The notes under the pieces: generated by a model
Database searches by the model: none
What the model saw: only the letters and a program-made list of their open reading frames with translations
What the model was told of the DNA's origin: nothing
Source: Acetobacteraceae bacterium
Lineage (GTDB): Bacteria; Pseudomonadota; Alphaproteobacteria; Acetobacterales; Acetobacteraceae
Assembly (NCBI GenBank): GCA_965276665.1
Contig: OZ255620.1
Span: 2,726,291-2,790,290, forward strand
Length of the DNA stretch: 64,000 nt
Direction of reading: 5' to 3'
Made by a program: the position numbers and the translations under genes
Shown here: one piece after another, positions 37,889-46,255 of the stretch
Layout of the letters: each line of letters begins with the position of its first letter
Numbering within the stretch: position 1 is the stretch's first letter

Positions 37889-37902
37889 CCTTGGCTCCAC
37901 CA
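37889..37902 (+). repeat. attR core: duplicate of the tRNA-Ala 3' end
   Basis: ccttggctccacca is identical to 25996..26009. Confidence 0.8.
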
Positions 37903-38046
37903 GCGTGCTCGATGAACCACCTGAAGAGATGGACGTGTCCAGTGGCGCCGCAAGCGGCAGAAATAGCCTACTGCTCTCCCGCCGGATTGGCCGCACTGGA
38001 CCGTAGCCGTCGTGGAAGCGAACTTCGGAGGTTCGGCCGAGGAGGC

Positions 38047-39054
38047 TTATGCCGGGCGGCGGCGCGAGCGGTCGGCGAGGCGATTCCACAGTTCGCGTGC
38101 GCGGGTCGCCAGTCGATAGCGGCGATTGAAGCGTGCCGCGACATAGCGGGGCGACGTCGCGCCGCCGAAGCCGGCGAAGAGCAGGACGCTTTCCGGTGTG
38201 CCGACGCCATCGAAGTCGAATGTCAGCCCGCGGTTTGTGGCGTCCTGGATGGCCTGCCAGAGAAGCAGGCTGATCGCGCCGTTATGCGCGCCGAGCGCAC
38301 GCGTCGAGAGGTAATAGTACGCGGTTCTGGGATCGGACAGCGTGAAGATCGCGGCCCGCAATCGTCCTGCCTCGTCCTTGGCGCCGATGATGCGCCCGCG
38401 GCCGCGCGAGATCGCGGCGCGGCCGACCGCCGCCATGGCGATCGCGTCATAATAGCTGCTCTTGCCGCGTGCTTCCAGATTGGCCTGGTAGAACGAGACG
38501 AACTCGTCCGGATCCGAGATCGCCTCGACACGAAATTGCTCGCTTGCGCGTCGGATGACGTTGCGCGTCTTGTCGCGCATCGCGCGCCAGAGCGTCGCCG
38601 TCGGCGCCGCGTCGATCTCGTAGGTGAATTCCACCCCGACGGAAAAACCCGTGTGCTGGAAAGCGAGCATATCGGTGATCCCGGCATGCATCCGGTGCAT
38701 GAAGCCATCCGATTCCGGCATCTGGTCCAAGAGATCGCGGATGATGCTGTTGCGCTTCAGCGCTCGCGTGCAGGCGGAGCCCGCGCCTTCGGCGATCGCC
38801 GGGCCCAGGAAATGGGTTAGGGCGGGCATCGTCGAGAAGGTGATCCCCATTCCGCCACGCCGGATGAACGGGAAGCGGCCGACCACCACGCCCGCTTGCC
38901 TGACCTCGACCTCCTCGAAACGGCCGCCCGTCGCGGCGTCGAGTAGCCAGGGTTCGTGGTACACGGTTGGGATGAGCAAGTTGCTGGCCGGTGCGCCCGG
39001 ATCGCGCGCGTGGCCTGCCGGCTCCGCCAGCCGGTTCGGCGCGACCCGCCGCAT
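38047..39054 (-). CDS. GNAT/FemAB-like acetyltransferase family protein
   Basis: Resembles BioF2-like/FemAB-type acyltransferase domains (YYYLSTR...GAISLLLWQAI...FDFDG); start at internal ATG 39054 is uncertain. Confidence 0.65.
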   Translation of the reverse strand: MRRVAPNRLAEPAGHARDPGAPASNLLIPTVYHEPWLLDAATGGRFEEVEVRQAGVVVGRFPFIRRGGMGITFSTMPALTHFLGPAIAEGAGSACTRALKRNSIIRDLLDQMPESDGFMHRMHAGITDMLAFQHTGFSVGVEFTYEIDAAPTATLWRAMRDKTRNVIRRASEQFRVEAISDPDEFVSFYQANLEARGKSSYYDAIAMAAVGRAAISRGRGRIIGAKDEAGRLRAAIFTLSDPRTAYYYLSTRALGAHNGAISLLLWQAIQDATNRGLTFDFDGVGTPESVLLFAGFGGATSPRYVAARFNRRYRLATRARELWNRLADRSRRRPA

Positions 39055-39510
39055 GGTGGGATCAGCGGTGCGGAGGTTTGTCACGATCGGCTCCGGCCCG
39101 ACCCGGCTCAACGGGGCAGGGTTCGTCCTGGCGCATCCGCGTGGCGTTTCCAAAAACCGAGACCCCTTCCACAGGGTGCGGAAGGGGCCGGGAGGTCGAG
39201 TGGCAATGGAGCTCCGGTGTCACAAGGTCGAGGCTGATTGTGCCCTAGCGTAATGGGCGGTTTCGGGGCCCAGATCAAGGAGAGATCACGTGATCGCCGA
39301 GGCTGGGGATGACTGAGAGAGGACAGTCGAAACCGGCCGAGCTACCTATCCAGGATAGGAGTACCTAACAAGGATAGGAGAGGCTGACATCACCGCTCTG
39401 CAAACGCGACTTCGGTGGGAGTGTCGAGGCGGCGAAGCTGATTGTTGGATCCTGCGCCCGGCGTCTCGGCGCCATTGCCGGATGATAGAGCGCCGATCGT
39501 GGCTCACCCG

Positions 39511-39717
39511 TCAGCCGCCGCTGAAATTCTCCATCTCTTCCGGTCCCGAGGCCATCGAGCCCTCGTTCGCCGGGCTGCCATCCTCGGCTTCGAGCTCGGC
39601 GACGGCCTGCTGCCAGAAATGATCCCGCCTGCCGTCCGGCTTGCCGGACTTTTCCCATAGGCGATAAGCGCGTTCCCGGATGCGGTCCTCGGGCGAGGCG
39701 CCTTCAGTCGGCACCAT
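39511..39717 (-). CDS. DUF2934 domain protein
   Basis: EDRIRERAYRLWEKSGKPDGRRDHFWQQA signature. Confidence 0.75.
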   Translation of the reverse strand: MVPTEGASPEDRIRERAYRLWEKSGKPDGRRDHFWQQAVAELEAEDGSPANEGSMASGPEEMENFSGG

Positions 39718-39907
39718 ATTTCTCCAAATCTGCCGGCCCGGAGCCCGCCGATCCCTCGTCACCCGGCTCCTCGTCTTCCGCGCCGATCTCTCGGCGCGCT
39801 TGATGCCAGTGCTCCTCGGCCTGTCCCTCGGTCCGGCCGTTCTGCTCCCAGAGCTCGTAGGCACGCTCCCGGATGCGTTCCTCGCGTGACTTGGCTTGAC
39901 CAGACAT
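39704..39907 (-). CDS. DUF2934 domain protein (tandem paralogue)
   Basis: EERIRERAYELWEQNGRTEGQAEEHWHQA signature; 14-nt overlap with the downstream paralogue. Confidence 0.75.
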   Translation of the reverse strand: MSGQAKSREERIRERAYELWEQNGRTEGQAEEHWHQARREIGAEDEEPGDEGSAGSGPADLEKYGAD

Positions 39908-40133
39908 CGCCCAGCCCTCCTTCGGATCGGCCGGCACTCGCCCCGACCTCGCCTTGTCTAAACGCGGCGGTGCTCGAGAAGATCGCAATCCAATGGCGCC
40001 GTCGCATCAGAAAATCGCGCGTGGCGTCGAACCGCGGCGAAACAGTTCGGAACCGCGTCAAGCGCGTCCGGTCATTCGAGGAAGCCGGCGACCATCGGAG
40101 AATGGGCGCCGGTCTCTCGTCTTCGCAGCCTTC

Positions 40134-40170
40134 GAGCATTTTCACCGCCGACTTAACTGAAAATGCTCTA
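40134..40170. repeat. Family C palindrome, simple copy (11-bp stem, 13-nt loop)
   Basis: gagcattttca-ccgccgacttaac-tgaaaatgctc followed by ta; its reverse complement ttagagcattttcagttaagtcggcg matches the left end of the 9410 element. Confidence 0.65.
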
Positions 40171-40671
40171 ATGCGCGAGCTCGTTCACGCGGCTCTCGGC
40201 GATCGTGGTCAGCTTCTTGTCGGCCGCCTTCTCCTCATCGAGGTTTTGCTGCAGCACGCTTGCACAATCGTTGCGGCCAAGCTCCTTGGCGAAGGCGATC
40301 AGCGTGCCGTAGCGAGTCATCTCGTAATGCTCGACAGCCTGCGCGGCCGACAGCATCGCCGCATCGCAGACACTGGCATCGCCGCAATCGCTGATGACCT
40401 CCTTGGCCTCCGACAGGATGCCATCCATCGCCGCGCAATCCACTGCCTTCACCGTCTGCCCATGCATCTGGAACACCTGCTCCAAGCGGCTGACATGACC
40501 TTCCGTCTCTTCGAGATGATGCTGGAAGGCGCTGCGCAATTCGGGATTCGACGCCTTGCCGATCATCGTCGGCAGGTTCTTCACGATTTGATTCTCGGCA
40601 TAGTAGATGTCCTGCAGCATGTGCACGAACAGATCGTCGAGCGTCTTGATCGGGGAGGTGAACAGGCCCAT
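40168..40671 (-). CDS. Ferritin-like DUF892 (YciE/YciF family) stress protein
   Basis: LFVHMLQDIYYAENQIVKNLP N-terminus; AAGGAGA Shine-Dalgarno before ATG 40671. Confidence 0.85.
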   Translation of the reverse strand: MGLFTSPIKTLDDLFVHMLQDIYYAENQIVKNLPTMIGKASNPELRSAFQHHLEETEGHVSRLEQVFQMHGQTVKAVDCAAMDGILSEAKEVISDCGDASVCDAAMLSAAQAVEHYEMTRYGTLIAFAKELGRNDCASVLQQNLDEEKAADKKLTTIAESRVNELAH

Positions 40672-40854
40672 GGGAGATTCTCCTTTGGTCGTAGGGTCGG
40701 GCGCTGCGCTCCTGCGGGAGGAGCGCGCCCTCAAGGGAAGAACACAGGCGCGACAAGCGCGTGCCGCCCATCTCGGTGTGTTGATGAGCCGCGCCCACGT
40801 CACGGTCAGGCGCGTCCTGCGATCCTCGCGCGAGGCCTGACGATTAAGCCTTAG

Positions 40855-41103
40855 TCATCGCGCGACGCAGGAAGTTTCCCGCGGGGCGCCCGGTTTCGTG
40901 ACGTCGGTCTGGTAGATGCGATTGCTGCCACCAACCACCTGCTTGATCTGTCCGGCCGGACACGTGCCGTCATCGACGAAGACGACCTGCCCGGGACGCA
41001 GCGCGCCGTTTCGCGGCATCCGGGACAGGGTGTTGTCGGCCGAAGGCTGCGGCGCGCATGCGGCCAAGCCGGCGATGCAGGCGATGATCGTGCAATAGCG
41101 CAT
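40855..41103 (-). CDS. Small putative lipoprotein (82 aa)
   Basis: Lipobox-like IAGLAAC after a hydrophobic N-terminus. Confidence 0.55.
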   Translation of the reverse strand: MRYCTIIACIAGLAACAPQPSADNTLSRMPRNGALRPGQVVFVDDGTCPAGQIKQVVGGSNRIYQTDVTKPGAPRETSCVAR

Positions 41104-41125
41104 GTGGCCTCACGAATCCGGTTTC

Positions 41126-41150
41126 GATACGATACGATACGATACGATAC
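41126..41150. repeat. (GATAC)5 pentanucleotide microsatellite
   Basis: gatacgatacgatacgatacgatac, read directly. Confidence 0.9.
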
Positions 41151-41271
41151 CGCGACGGTCGCAGAACGCCAGGGCATCGCCCGCAAGGCGCCGCGCAGTG
41201 CGGGAGCGCCTCGGCAGGACGGGTCGAGCGTGCGAGTGTTCGCCCGCAGAACAAAGGCGCAGGAACCCTCG

Positions 41272-42858
41272 ATGCTCGCGGCGGAGTACGACTACATCAT
41301 CATCGGCGCCGGTTCGGCCGGCGCGGTGCTGGCGGCCAGGCTGAGCGAAAACCCGGAGACACGCGTGCTGCTGCTGGAAGCCGGCCGCGACATGCGCTCG
41401 GCGGACACGCCGGACCACATCAGCATCCCCAATCCGATGCGCGCGATCGGCGATGACGATTATCGTTGGCCGAAGCTGATGGCACGGCGCACCGCGACGC
41501 AGGCGCCGCGCCTGCTCTGGCGCGGCCGGGCGATGGGCGGCAGCTCCACCATCAACGGCCAGATCGCGATCAGGGCGGTGCCGGACGATCTCGACCGTTG
41601 GGCGGCGATGGGCTGCACCGGATGGGGCTGGGCCGAAATGCTGCCCTATTTCCGCAAGCTCGAAACCGACATGAATTTCGGCGACAAGCCTTACCACGGC
41701 AATGCCGGACCGATCCCGGTCTATCGCGCCCCGCGCGACGCATGGGGCAGCGTCGATCGCGCGCTCGGCGATGCGGCGGTCGGTCTCGGCTATGGCTGGT
41801 GCGACGACCACAACGCGCCCGAAGGCACCGGCGCCTCGCCCTACGCGATCAACAGCCGCGCCGCACGCCGCGTCTCCACCAATGACGGCTACCTCGAACC
41901 CGCGCGCGGACGCGAGAACCTGCAGATCGTCGGCGATGCCCTGGTGGAAAGCCTGACCCTGGAAGGCAACCGGTCGCATGCCACCGGGGTGCGGGTGCGG
42001 ATCGGCACATCGCATGAGGGGAGCGAGGCGCATGCGGTGCGCGCCACGCGCGAGGTGATCCTGTGCGCCGGCGCCATCCACTCGCCGGCGATCCTGCAAC
42101 GCTCCGGCATCGGCCCGGCGGCCCATCTTCGCGGCCTCGGCATCGAAATCGTCGCCGACCGGCCGGTGGGCGAGAACCTGCTCGACCACCCGCTCGTCGG
42201 CGCGCTGCTGCATCTGCGCACCGGCGCACGCGTGGACACGCTGATGCACAGGCACACCAATTGCTGCCTGCGCTACAGCTCTGCCCTCGCCGGCGCGGGC
42301 GAGAACGACATGATCATGATCGCCGGCAACATGGCGGGCGCCCTGCTCGGCCGCCCCGGCGCCGAGACAGAAGGCGGCCGCATCGCCGTCTCCGTCTACC
42401 AGGCCTTCAGCCAGGGACATGTGCGCATCACCACGCCAGACCCCACCGTCGATCCCGAGGTGGAGGAGCGCATGCTGTCCGACGAACGCGACCTGATCCG
42501 CCTGCGCGACGGCGCCCGCCGCCTGCGCGACATCTGCCGGCACGACGCGGTCGCCGCGATCACCGACCGCGTGGAATACGGCCTGACCGGCATCTCCATG
42601 GACGAACAGCTCGACGATTCGGCGCTCGATTCCTGGCTGTTCGCCGAATGCACCGACGCCCAGCATGCCAGCGGCACCTGCCGCATGGGCGCGGCCGACA
42701 ACCCGCACGCGGTCGTCGACCCGTCCTGCCGCGTGATCGGCATCACCGGGCTGCGCGTGATCGACGCCTCCATCCTGCCGGAAGTGCCGCGCGCGAATAC
42801 GCATCTGACGACGGTGGCGGTGGCTGAGCGGATGGCTGATGTTTTGAAGGGGACGTGA
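41272..42858 (+). CDS. GMC-family FAD oxidoreductase (choline dehydrogenase-like)
   Basis: YDYIIIGAGSAGAVLAARLSE Rossmann N-terminus; C-terminal GMC signature ...HASGTCRMG... Confidence 0.9.
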   Translation: MLAAEYDYIIIGAGSAGAVLAARLSENPETRVLLLEAGRDMRSADTPDHISIPNPMRAIGDDDYRWPKLMARRTATQAPRLLWRGRAMGGSSTINGQIAIRAVPDDLDRWAAMGCTGWGWAEMLPYFRKLETDMNFGDKPYHGNAGPIPVYRAPRDAWGSVDRALGDAAVGLGYGWCDDHNAPEGTGASPYAINSRAARRVSTNDGYLEPARGRENLQIVGDALVESLTLEGNRSHATGVRVRIGTSHEGSEAHAVRATREVILCAGAIHSPAILQRSGIGPAAHLRGLGIEIVADRPVGENLLDHPLVGALLHLRTGARVDTLMHRHTNCCLRYSSALAGAGENDMIMIAGNMAGALLGRPGAETEGGRIAVSVYQAFSQGHVRITTPDPTVDPEVEERMLSDERDLIRLRDGARRLRDICRHDAVAAITDRVEYGLTGISMDEQLDDSALDSWLFAECTDAQHASGTCRMGAADNPHAVVDPSCRVIGITGLRVIDASILPEVPRANTHLTTVAVAERMADVLKGT

Positions 42859-42864
42859 GAGTTT

Positions 42865-43043
42865 CCAGGGGCTCTGCCCCTGGACCCTGTTAAGGGTAGT
42901 CACCCTTAGGACCCACTATAGCGATGTGCGCGGGAGGTTGGGGCCGGATGTGGTGCGACCTTGTTTGATGCGCTTCGCGCGAAGCGCATCCGGGTTCTAA
43001 GGGCGACTGCCCTTAGCGGGGTCCAGGGGCAGAGCCCCTGGCC
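42865..43043. repeat. Repeat family A, composite copy (M1, M2, M3, M4)
   Basis: ccaggggctctgcccctgg, ttaagggtagtcacccttag, gcgcttcgcgcgaagcgcatc, gggttctaagggcgactgcccttagcggggtccaggggcagagcccctggcc. Confidence 0.8.
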
Positions 43044-43488
43044 TTGGCTTTCCCTGAACCCCCAACAAAACCTCCGTGCAGTCCGCGATCGCCGCGAGGG
43101 TTTCCTCGCTGACGTGGTGTTCGATGCCTTCCGCGTCGCGGCGGGCGGTGTCGGGGGAGATGCCGATCGCCTCGAGGAAGCGCAGGATGATGCGGTGGCG
43201 GTGGCGGGCGGCGGCGGCGAGGCGTTCGCCTTCGTCGGTGAGGAAGATGGCGCGGTAGCGTTCGGCGCGGACGAGGCCTTCGCGTTTCAGCCGGGCCACG
43301 GTTTTGGCGACGGTCGGGTGGGCGACGCCGAGGCGGCGGGCGATGTCGACGGCGCGGGCCTGGCCGGTTTCCTCGATCAGGTCGGCGATGAGCTCGCAGT
43401 AATCCTGCGCCATGGCGAGCGCGCGCGCGGCCCGGCTCTGGCGGAATGCCTCCGCCTGGACGCTGTCTTCGGCGAGCTCCGGCGTCAC
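42997..43488 (-). CDS. mntR: Manganese-responsive DtxR-family transcriptional regulator MntR
   Basis: DYCELIADLIEETGQARAVDIARRLGVAHPTVAKTVARLKREGLV...HRHRIILRFL; GTG at 43488 with a GGAGAA SD; C-terminus extends into repeat A. Confidence 0.8.
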   Translation of the reverse strand: MTPELAEDSVQAEAFRQSRAARALAMAQDYCELIADLIEETGQARAVDIARRLGVAHPTVAKTVARLKREGLVRAERYRAIFLTDEGERLAAAARHRHRIILRFLEAIGISPDTARRDAEGIEHHVSEETLAAIADCTEVLLGVQGKPRPGALPLDPAKGSRP

Positions 43489-44372
43489 CCGCTTTTCTCC
43501 GGCAGGGCGATGCCGGCGAGCGCTTCCCAGAACCGGATGACGAAGGCGTCGTCGCGTCCGCCATGCCCGGACGCGGCGGCGGCGAGGAAGAGCTGGTGGG
43601 CGGCGGCGGCGAGCGGCAGCGGGAAGGTGAGCGCGCGCGCCTGGTCGAGCACGATGCCGAGATCCTTGACGAAGATGTTCACCGCCGAGAGCGGGGTGTC
43701 GTCTCCCGCCAGCACGTGCGGCATCCGGTTCCGCCACATCCACGAGCTGCCGGCGGAGGAGGAGATCACGTCGAACAGCGTCTGCGGGTCGGCGCCGGCG
43801 CGGATGCCGAGCGCCATCGCTTCCGCCGCGACCGCGATATGGACGCCGGCGAGGAGCTGGTTGACCATCTTGACCGTGCTGCCGATGCCGGCGGCCTCGC
43901 CGAGCCGCCAGACCTTGCCGGACATGGCGGCGAGCAGCGTCTCGGCCCGCGCAAAGGCGCTTGGGCTGCCGGAGGCCATCACCGTCATCGTCCCTTCCCG
44001 GGCGCCGGCGCGGCCGCCGGAGACCGGGGCGTCGAGGAAGTGCCGGCCGGCGGCCTCGACCCGAGCCGCGAAATCGCGCGCCGCTTCCGGGGCGATGGTC
44101 GTGCAGCAGAGCACGACCGCATCCGGCGCCAGGTGATCGAGGCAGGAATCAAGCACGGCGGCGGCCTGAGTGGCATTGACGACGAAGAGGATGACGGCGT
44201 CGAGGCCGTCGGGGAGCTCGGCGGCCTCCGCGACGCAGGCGCCGCCCGCCGCTTCGAGCTCTGGCCAGATGTCCCGGCGAAGCTCGCAGCCGGTGACGGC
44301 GACGCCTTTCCGGGCGAGGTTGAGGGCTGCGCCCATCCCCATCGTGCCCAAGCCGATCACTGCCGCCCGCAT
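43485..44372 (-). CDS. NAD(P)-dependent oxidoreductase, 3-hydroxyisobutyrate dehydrogenase family
   Basis: MRAAVIGLGTMGMGAALNL Rossmann N-terminus; family-typical ~295 aa. Confidence 0.85.
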   Translation of the reverse strand: MRAAVIGLGTMGMGAALNLARKGVAVTGCELRRDIWPELEAAGGACVAEAAELPDGLDAVILFVVNATQAAAVLDSCLDHLAPDAVVLCCTTIAPEAARDFAARVEAAGRHFLDAPVSGGRAGAREGTMTVMASGSPSAFARAETLLAAMSGKVWRLGEAAGIGSTVKMVNQLLAGVHIAVAAEAMALGIRAGADPQTLFDVISSSAGSSWMWRNRMPHVLAGDDTPLSAVNIFVKDLGIVLDQARALTFPLPLAAAAHQLFLAAAASGHGGRDDAFVIRFWEALAGIALPEKSG

Positions 44373-44475
44373 GCAAGCCCCCCGGTTCCCGGGGAGCATG
44401 CAGCAGCGGGCGCCAGGGCGCTACGCCAGGCGCTATCCGGGCGCGTCGGCGCCCGGATAGCTAGTGACCGGCCTG

Positions 44476-45042
44476 CTAGTGAGACGTGTGATGGGTGGCA
44501 CGTCGCGGCATCGGCGCCGGCAGCAGGGCCTGCGCCGCCGAGAGATGCGACTGCAGCTGCGGCAGCGCCTGGTTGGCGAAGTTCTTCACGTCCGGATCGC
44601 TGCCATCGGTCGTTTCACGCTGGAACAGCGCGATCGTCGCCTGATGGTCGGAGATCTGGCTGCGGACGTAGTCGCGATCGAAGATCACGCCGCGCTCGCG
44701 CTGCAGCCTGGCGAGGATGGCCTGGTGCGCCGGGTCGAGATCGGTCGGCAGCGTCACGTTCTTCGTCTGCGCGAGCTGCATCAGCTGCTGGTTCAGCGCC
44801 GTGTGGTCGGTGACCATCTGCTGCGCAAAGCTCTTCACCGCCGGGCGCGCCGCCTTGGTGGAGGCCAGCTGTCCGAACTGCACCTCGGCCATGCCGCCGA
44901 GGGCTGCCTGGTTGAAGAACGTCGTATCCGTCTGGCTGATCGGCGGCGGCGCCGGCGCGGGCGGCGGCGGGGGCGACGGGCTCGAGCATGCGGCGACGGC
45001 GAGCACCAGCGCGGCGCCGCCCCAGCGGAAAACAGGGTTCAT
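44476..45042 (-). CDS. DUF4142 domain lipoprotein
   Basis: Lipobox LAVAAC; FAQQMVTDHTALNQ and FDRDYVRSQISDHQ repeats. Confidence 0.8.
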   Translation of the reverse strand: MNPVFRWGGAALVLAVAACSSPSPPPPPAPAPPPISQTDTTFFNQAALGGMAEVQFGQLASTKAARPAVKSFAQQMVTDHTALNQQLMQLAQTKNVTLPTDLDPAHQAILARLQRERGVIFDRDYVRSQISDHQATIALFQRETTDGSDPDVKNFANQALPQLQSHLSAAQALLPAPMPRRATHHTSH

Positions 45043-45219
45043 TGGATCGACCTCCAGACAACAGGAACCCGAGCGCAGGACAGCACCCGGCCACCCGTGA
45101 TTGCGACGCGGCCCATGATTGCGACGCGGTACGGGCGGAACGAGGCAGTGATGCGTCGGTTCCGCGCGAATGTAAAACGCCGTCGGGGTGAAAATCCATC
45201 CAGAACCCGGTTTTCGGGT

Positions 45220-46170
45220 TCATGGATGCTCGCGGAACCGCTCCACCGCGGCGACCAGGGCGCGGCGGATTCCCGGTTCCAGCGCGGAATGCCCGGCATC
45301 GGGGATCACCGTGAGCCGGGCCGCCGGCCAGGCGGCGGCGAGCTCGAAGGCGGTGCGTGGCGGGCAGATCATGTCATAGCGCCCCTGCACGATCTCGGCG
45401 GGCAGATGGCCGATCCGCGCCATCCCGGCGAGCAGGCCGCCTTGCGGCAGGAACAGCCCGTGCGCGAAATAATGCGCCTCGATGCGGGCGAGGCCGAGCG
45501 CGGTGCGGTCCTGCGCAAAGGCGGCCACCGCGTCCGGGCTCGGCAGCAGCGCGCTGCACGACCCTTCATAGACCGACCAGGCGCGCGCGGCGGGCATGTG
45601 GATGGAGGGGTCGGAATCGGTTAGGCGCCGGAGATAGCTGCCGAGCAGGTCGCCGCGCTCGGCGTCCGGCAGGAACCCGGCGAAGGCGGCGTGGGCATCG
45701 GGAAAGATCGCCCCGAGTCCGTGCAGGAACCAGTCGAGCTCGACCGGGCGGCCGAGGAAGACGCCACGCAGCACGAGCCCGGCCACCCGCGCCGGATGCG
45801 CCTGCGCGTAGGCTAGCGCCAGGGTCGAGCCCCAGGAGCCGCCGAACAGCAGCCATCGCTCGATGCCGAGATAGGCGCGCAGGGCCTCGATGTCGCCGAC
45901 CAGCGCCGGGGTGGTGTTGTCGACCAGGCTGCCGAGCGGGCGGGAGCGGCCGGCGCCGCGCTGGTCGAAAATGGTGACGCGCCAGAAGTCCGGATCGAAG
46001 AAGCGGCGGTGCACCGCCCCGGCGCCGGCCCCCGGGCCGCCATGCAGGAAGAGCGCCGGCTGCCCGCGCGGATTGCCCACCTGTTCCCAATAGAGGATGT
46101 GGCCGCCGGAGAGCGGCAGGTAGCCGCTCTCGAAAGGCCCGATCTCGGGAAACAGGTCGCCGCGCGGCAT
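45220..46170 (-). CDS. pip: Prolyl aminopeptidase (proline iminopeptidase)
   Basis: LFLHGGPGAG and GGSWGSTLALAYA (GxSxG) motifs; start at MPRGDLFPEI. Confidence 0.9.
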   Translation of the reverse strand: MPRGDLFPEIGPFESGYLPLSGGHILYWEQVGNPRGQPALFLHGGPGAGAGAVHRRFFDPDFWRVTIFDQRGAGRSRPLGSLVDNTTPALVGDIEALRAYLGIERWLLFGGSWGSTLALAYAQAHPARVAGLVLRGVFLGRPVELDWFLHGLGAIFPDAHAAFAGFLPDAERGDLLGSYLRRLTDSDPSIHMPAARAWSVYEGSCSALLPSPDAVAAFAQDRTALGLARIEAHYFAHGLFLPQGGLLAGMARIGHLPAEIVQGRYDMICPPRTAFELAAAWPAARLTVIPDAGHSALEPGIRRALVAAVERFREHP

Positions 46171-46255
46171 GTCGGCGCGCAGCGTAGCGGCGCGGCCCCC
46201 CAAGCTTCAACCGAAGGCCGCTGCAACCGGGCGCGTTCACCGCGGGCGGGCGGCA

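Larger units (their letters stand above)
25996..37902. mobile_element. Integrative genomic island (phage-satellite-like, ~11.9 kb) inserted in the 3' end of tRNA-Ala
   Basis: 14-bp direct repeat ccttggctccacca at 25996-26009 and 37889-37902; integrase, AlpA/Xis HTH genes, primase-helicase-like gene, TerS-like gene, two IS transposase genes; lower GC in 27.6-31.4 kb. Confidence 0.8.

Noticed and set aside
37831-38820. 329-aa plus-strand ORF
   Set aside because: Antisense to the FemAB/GNAT-like gene, which has the more protein-like sequence. This call is less certain than the others.
39908-40170. EcfG-type (GGAAC-N16/17-CGTT) general-stress promoters upstream of the DUF2934 and DUF892 genes
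   Set aside because: I looked on the relevant strand and found no match with correct spacing. One GGAAC at ~40053 is on the wrong strand and lacks a CGTT partner.
41104-41271. N-terminal extension of the GMC oxidoreductase ORF through the (GATAC)5 repeat
   Set aside because: The extension translates the microsatellite (RYDTIRYDT...). The canonical Rossmann N-terminus starts at ATG 41272.
41110-42903. 597-aa minus-strand ORF
   Set aside because: Antisense to the GMC oxidoreductase. It is a high-GC artefact.
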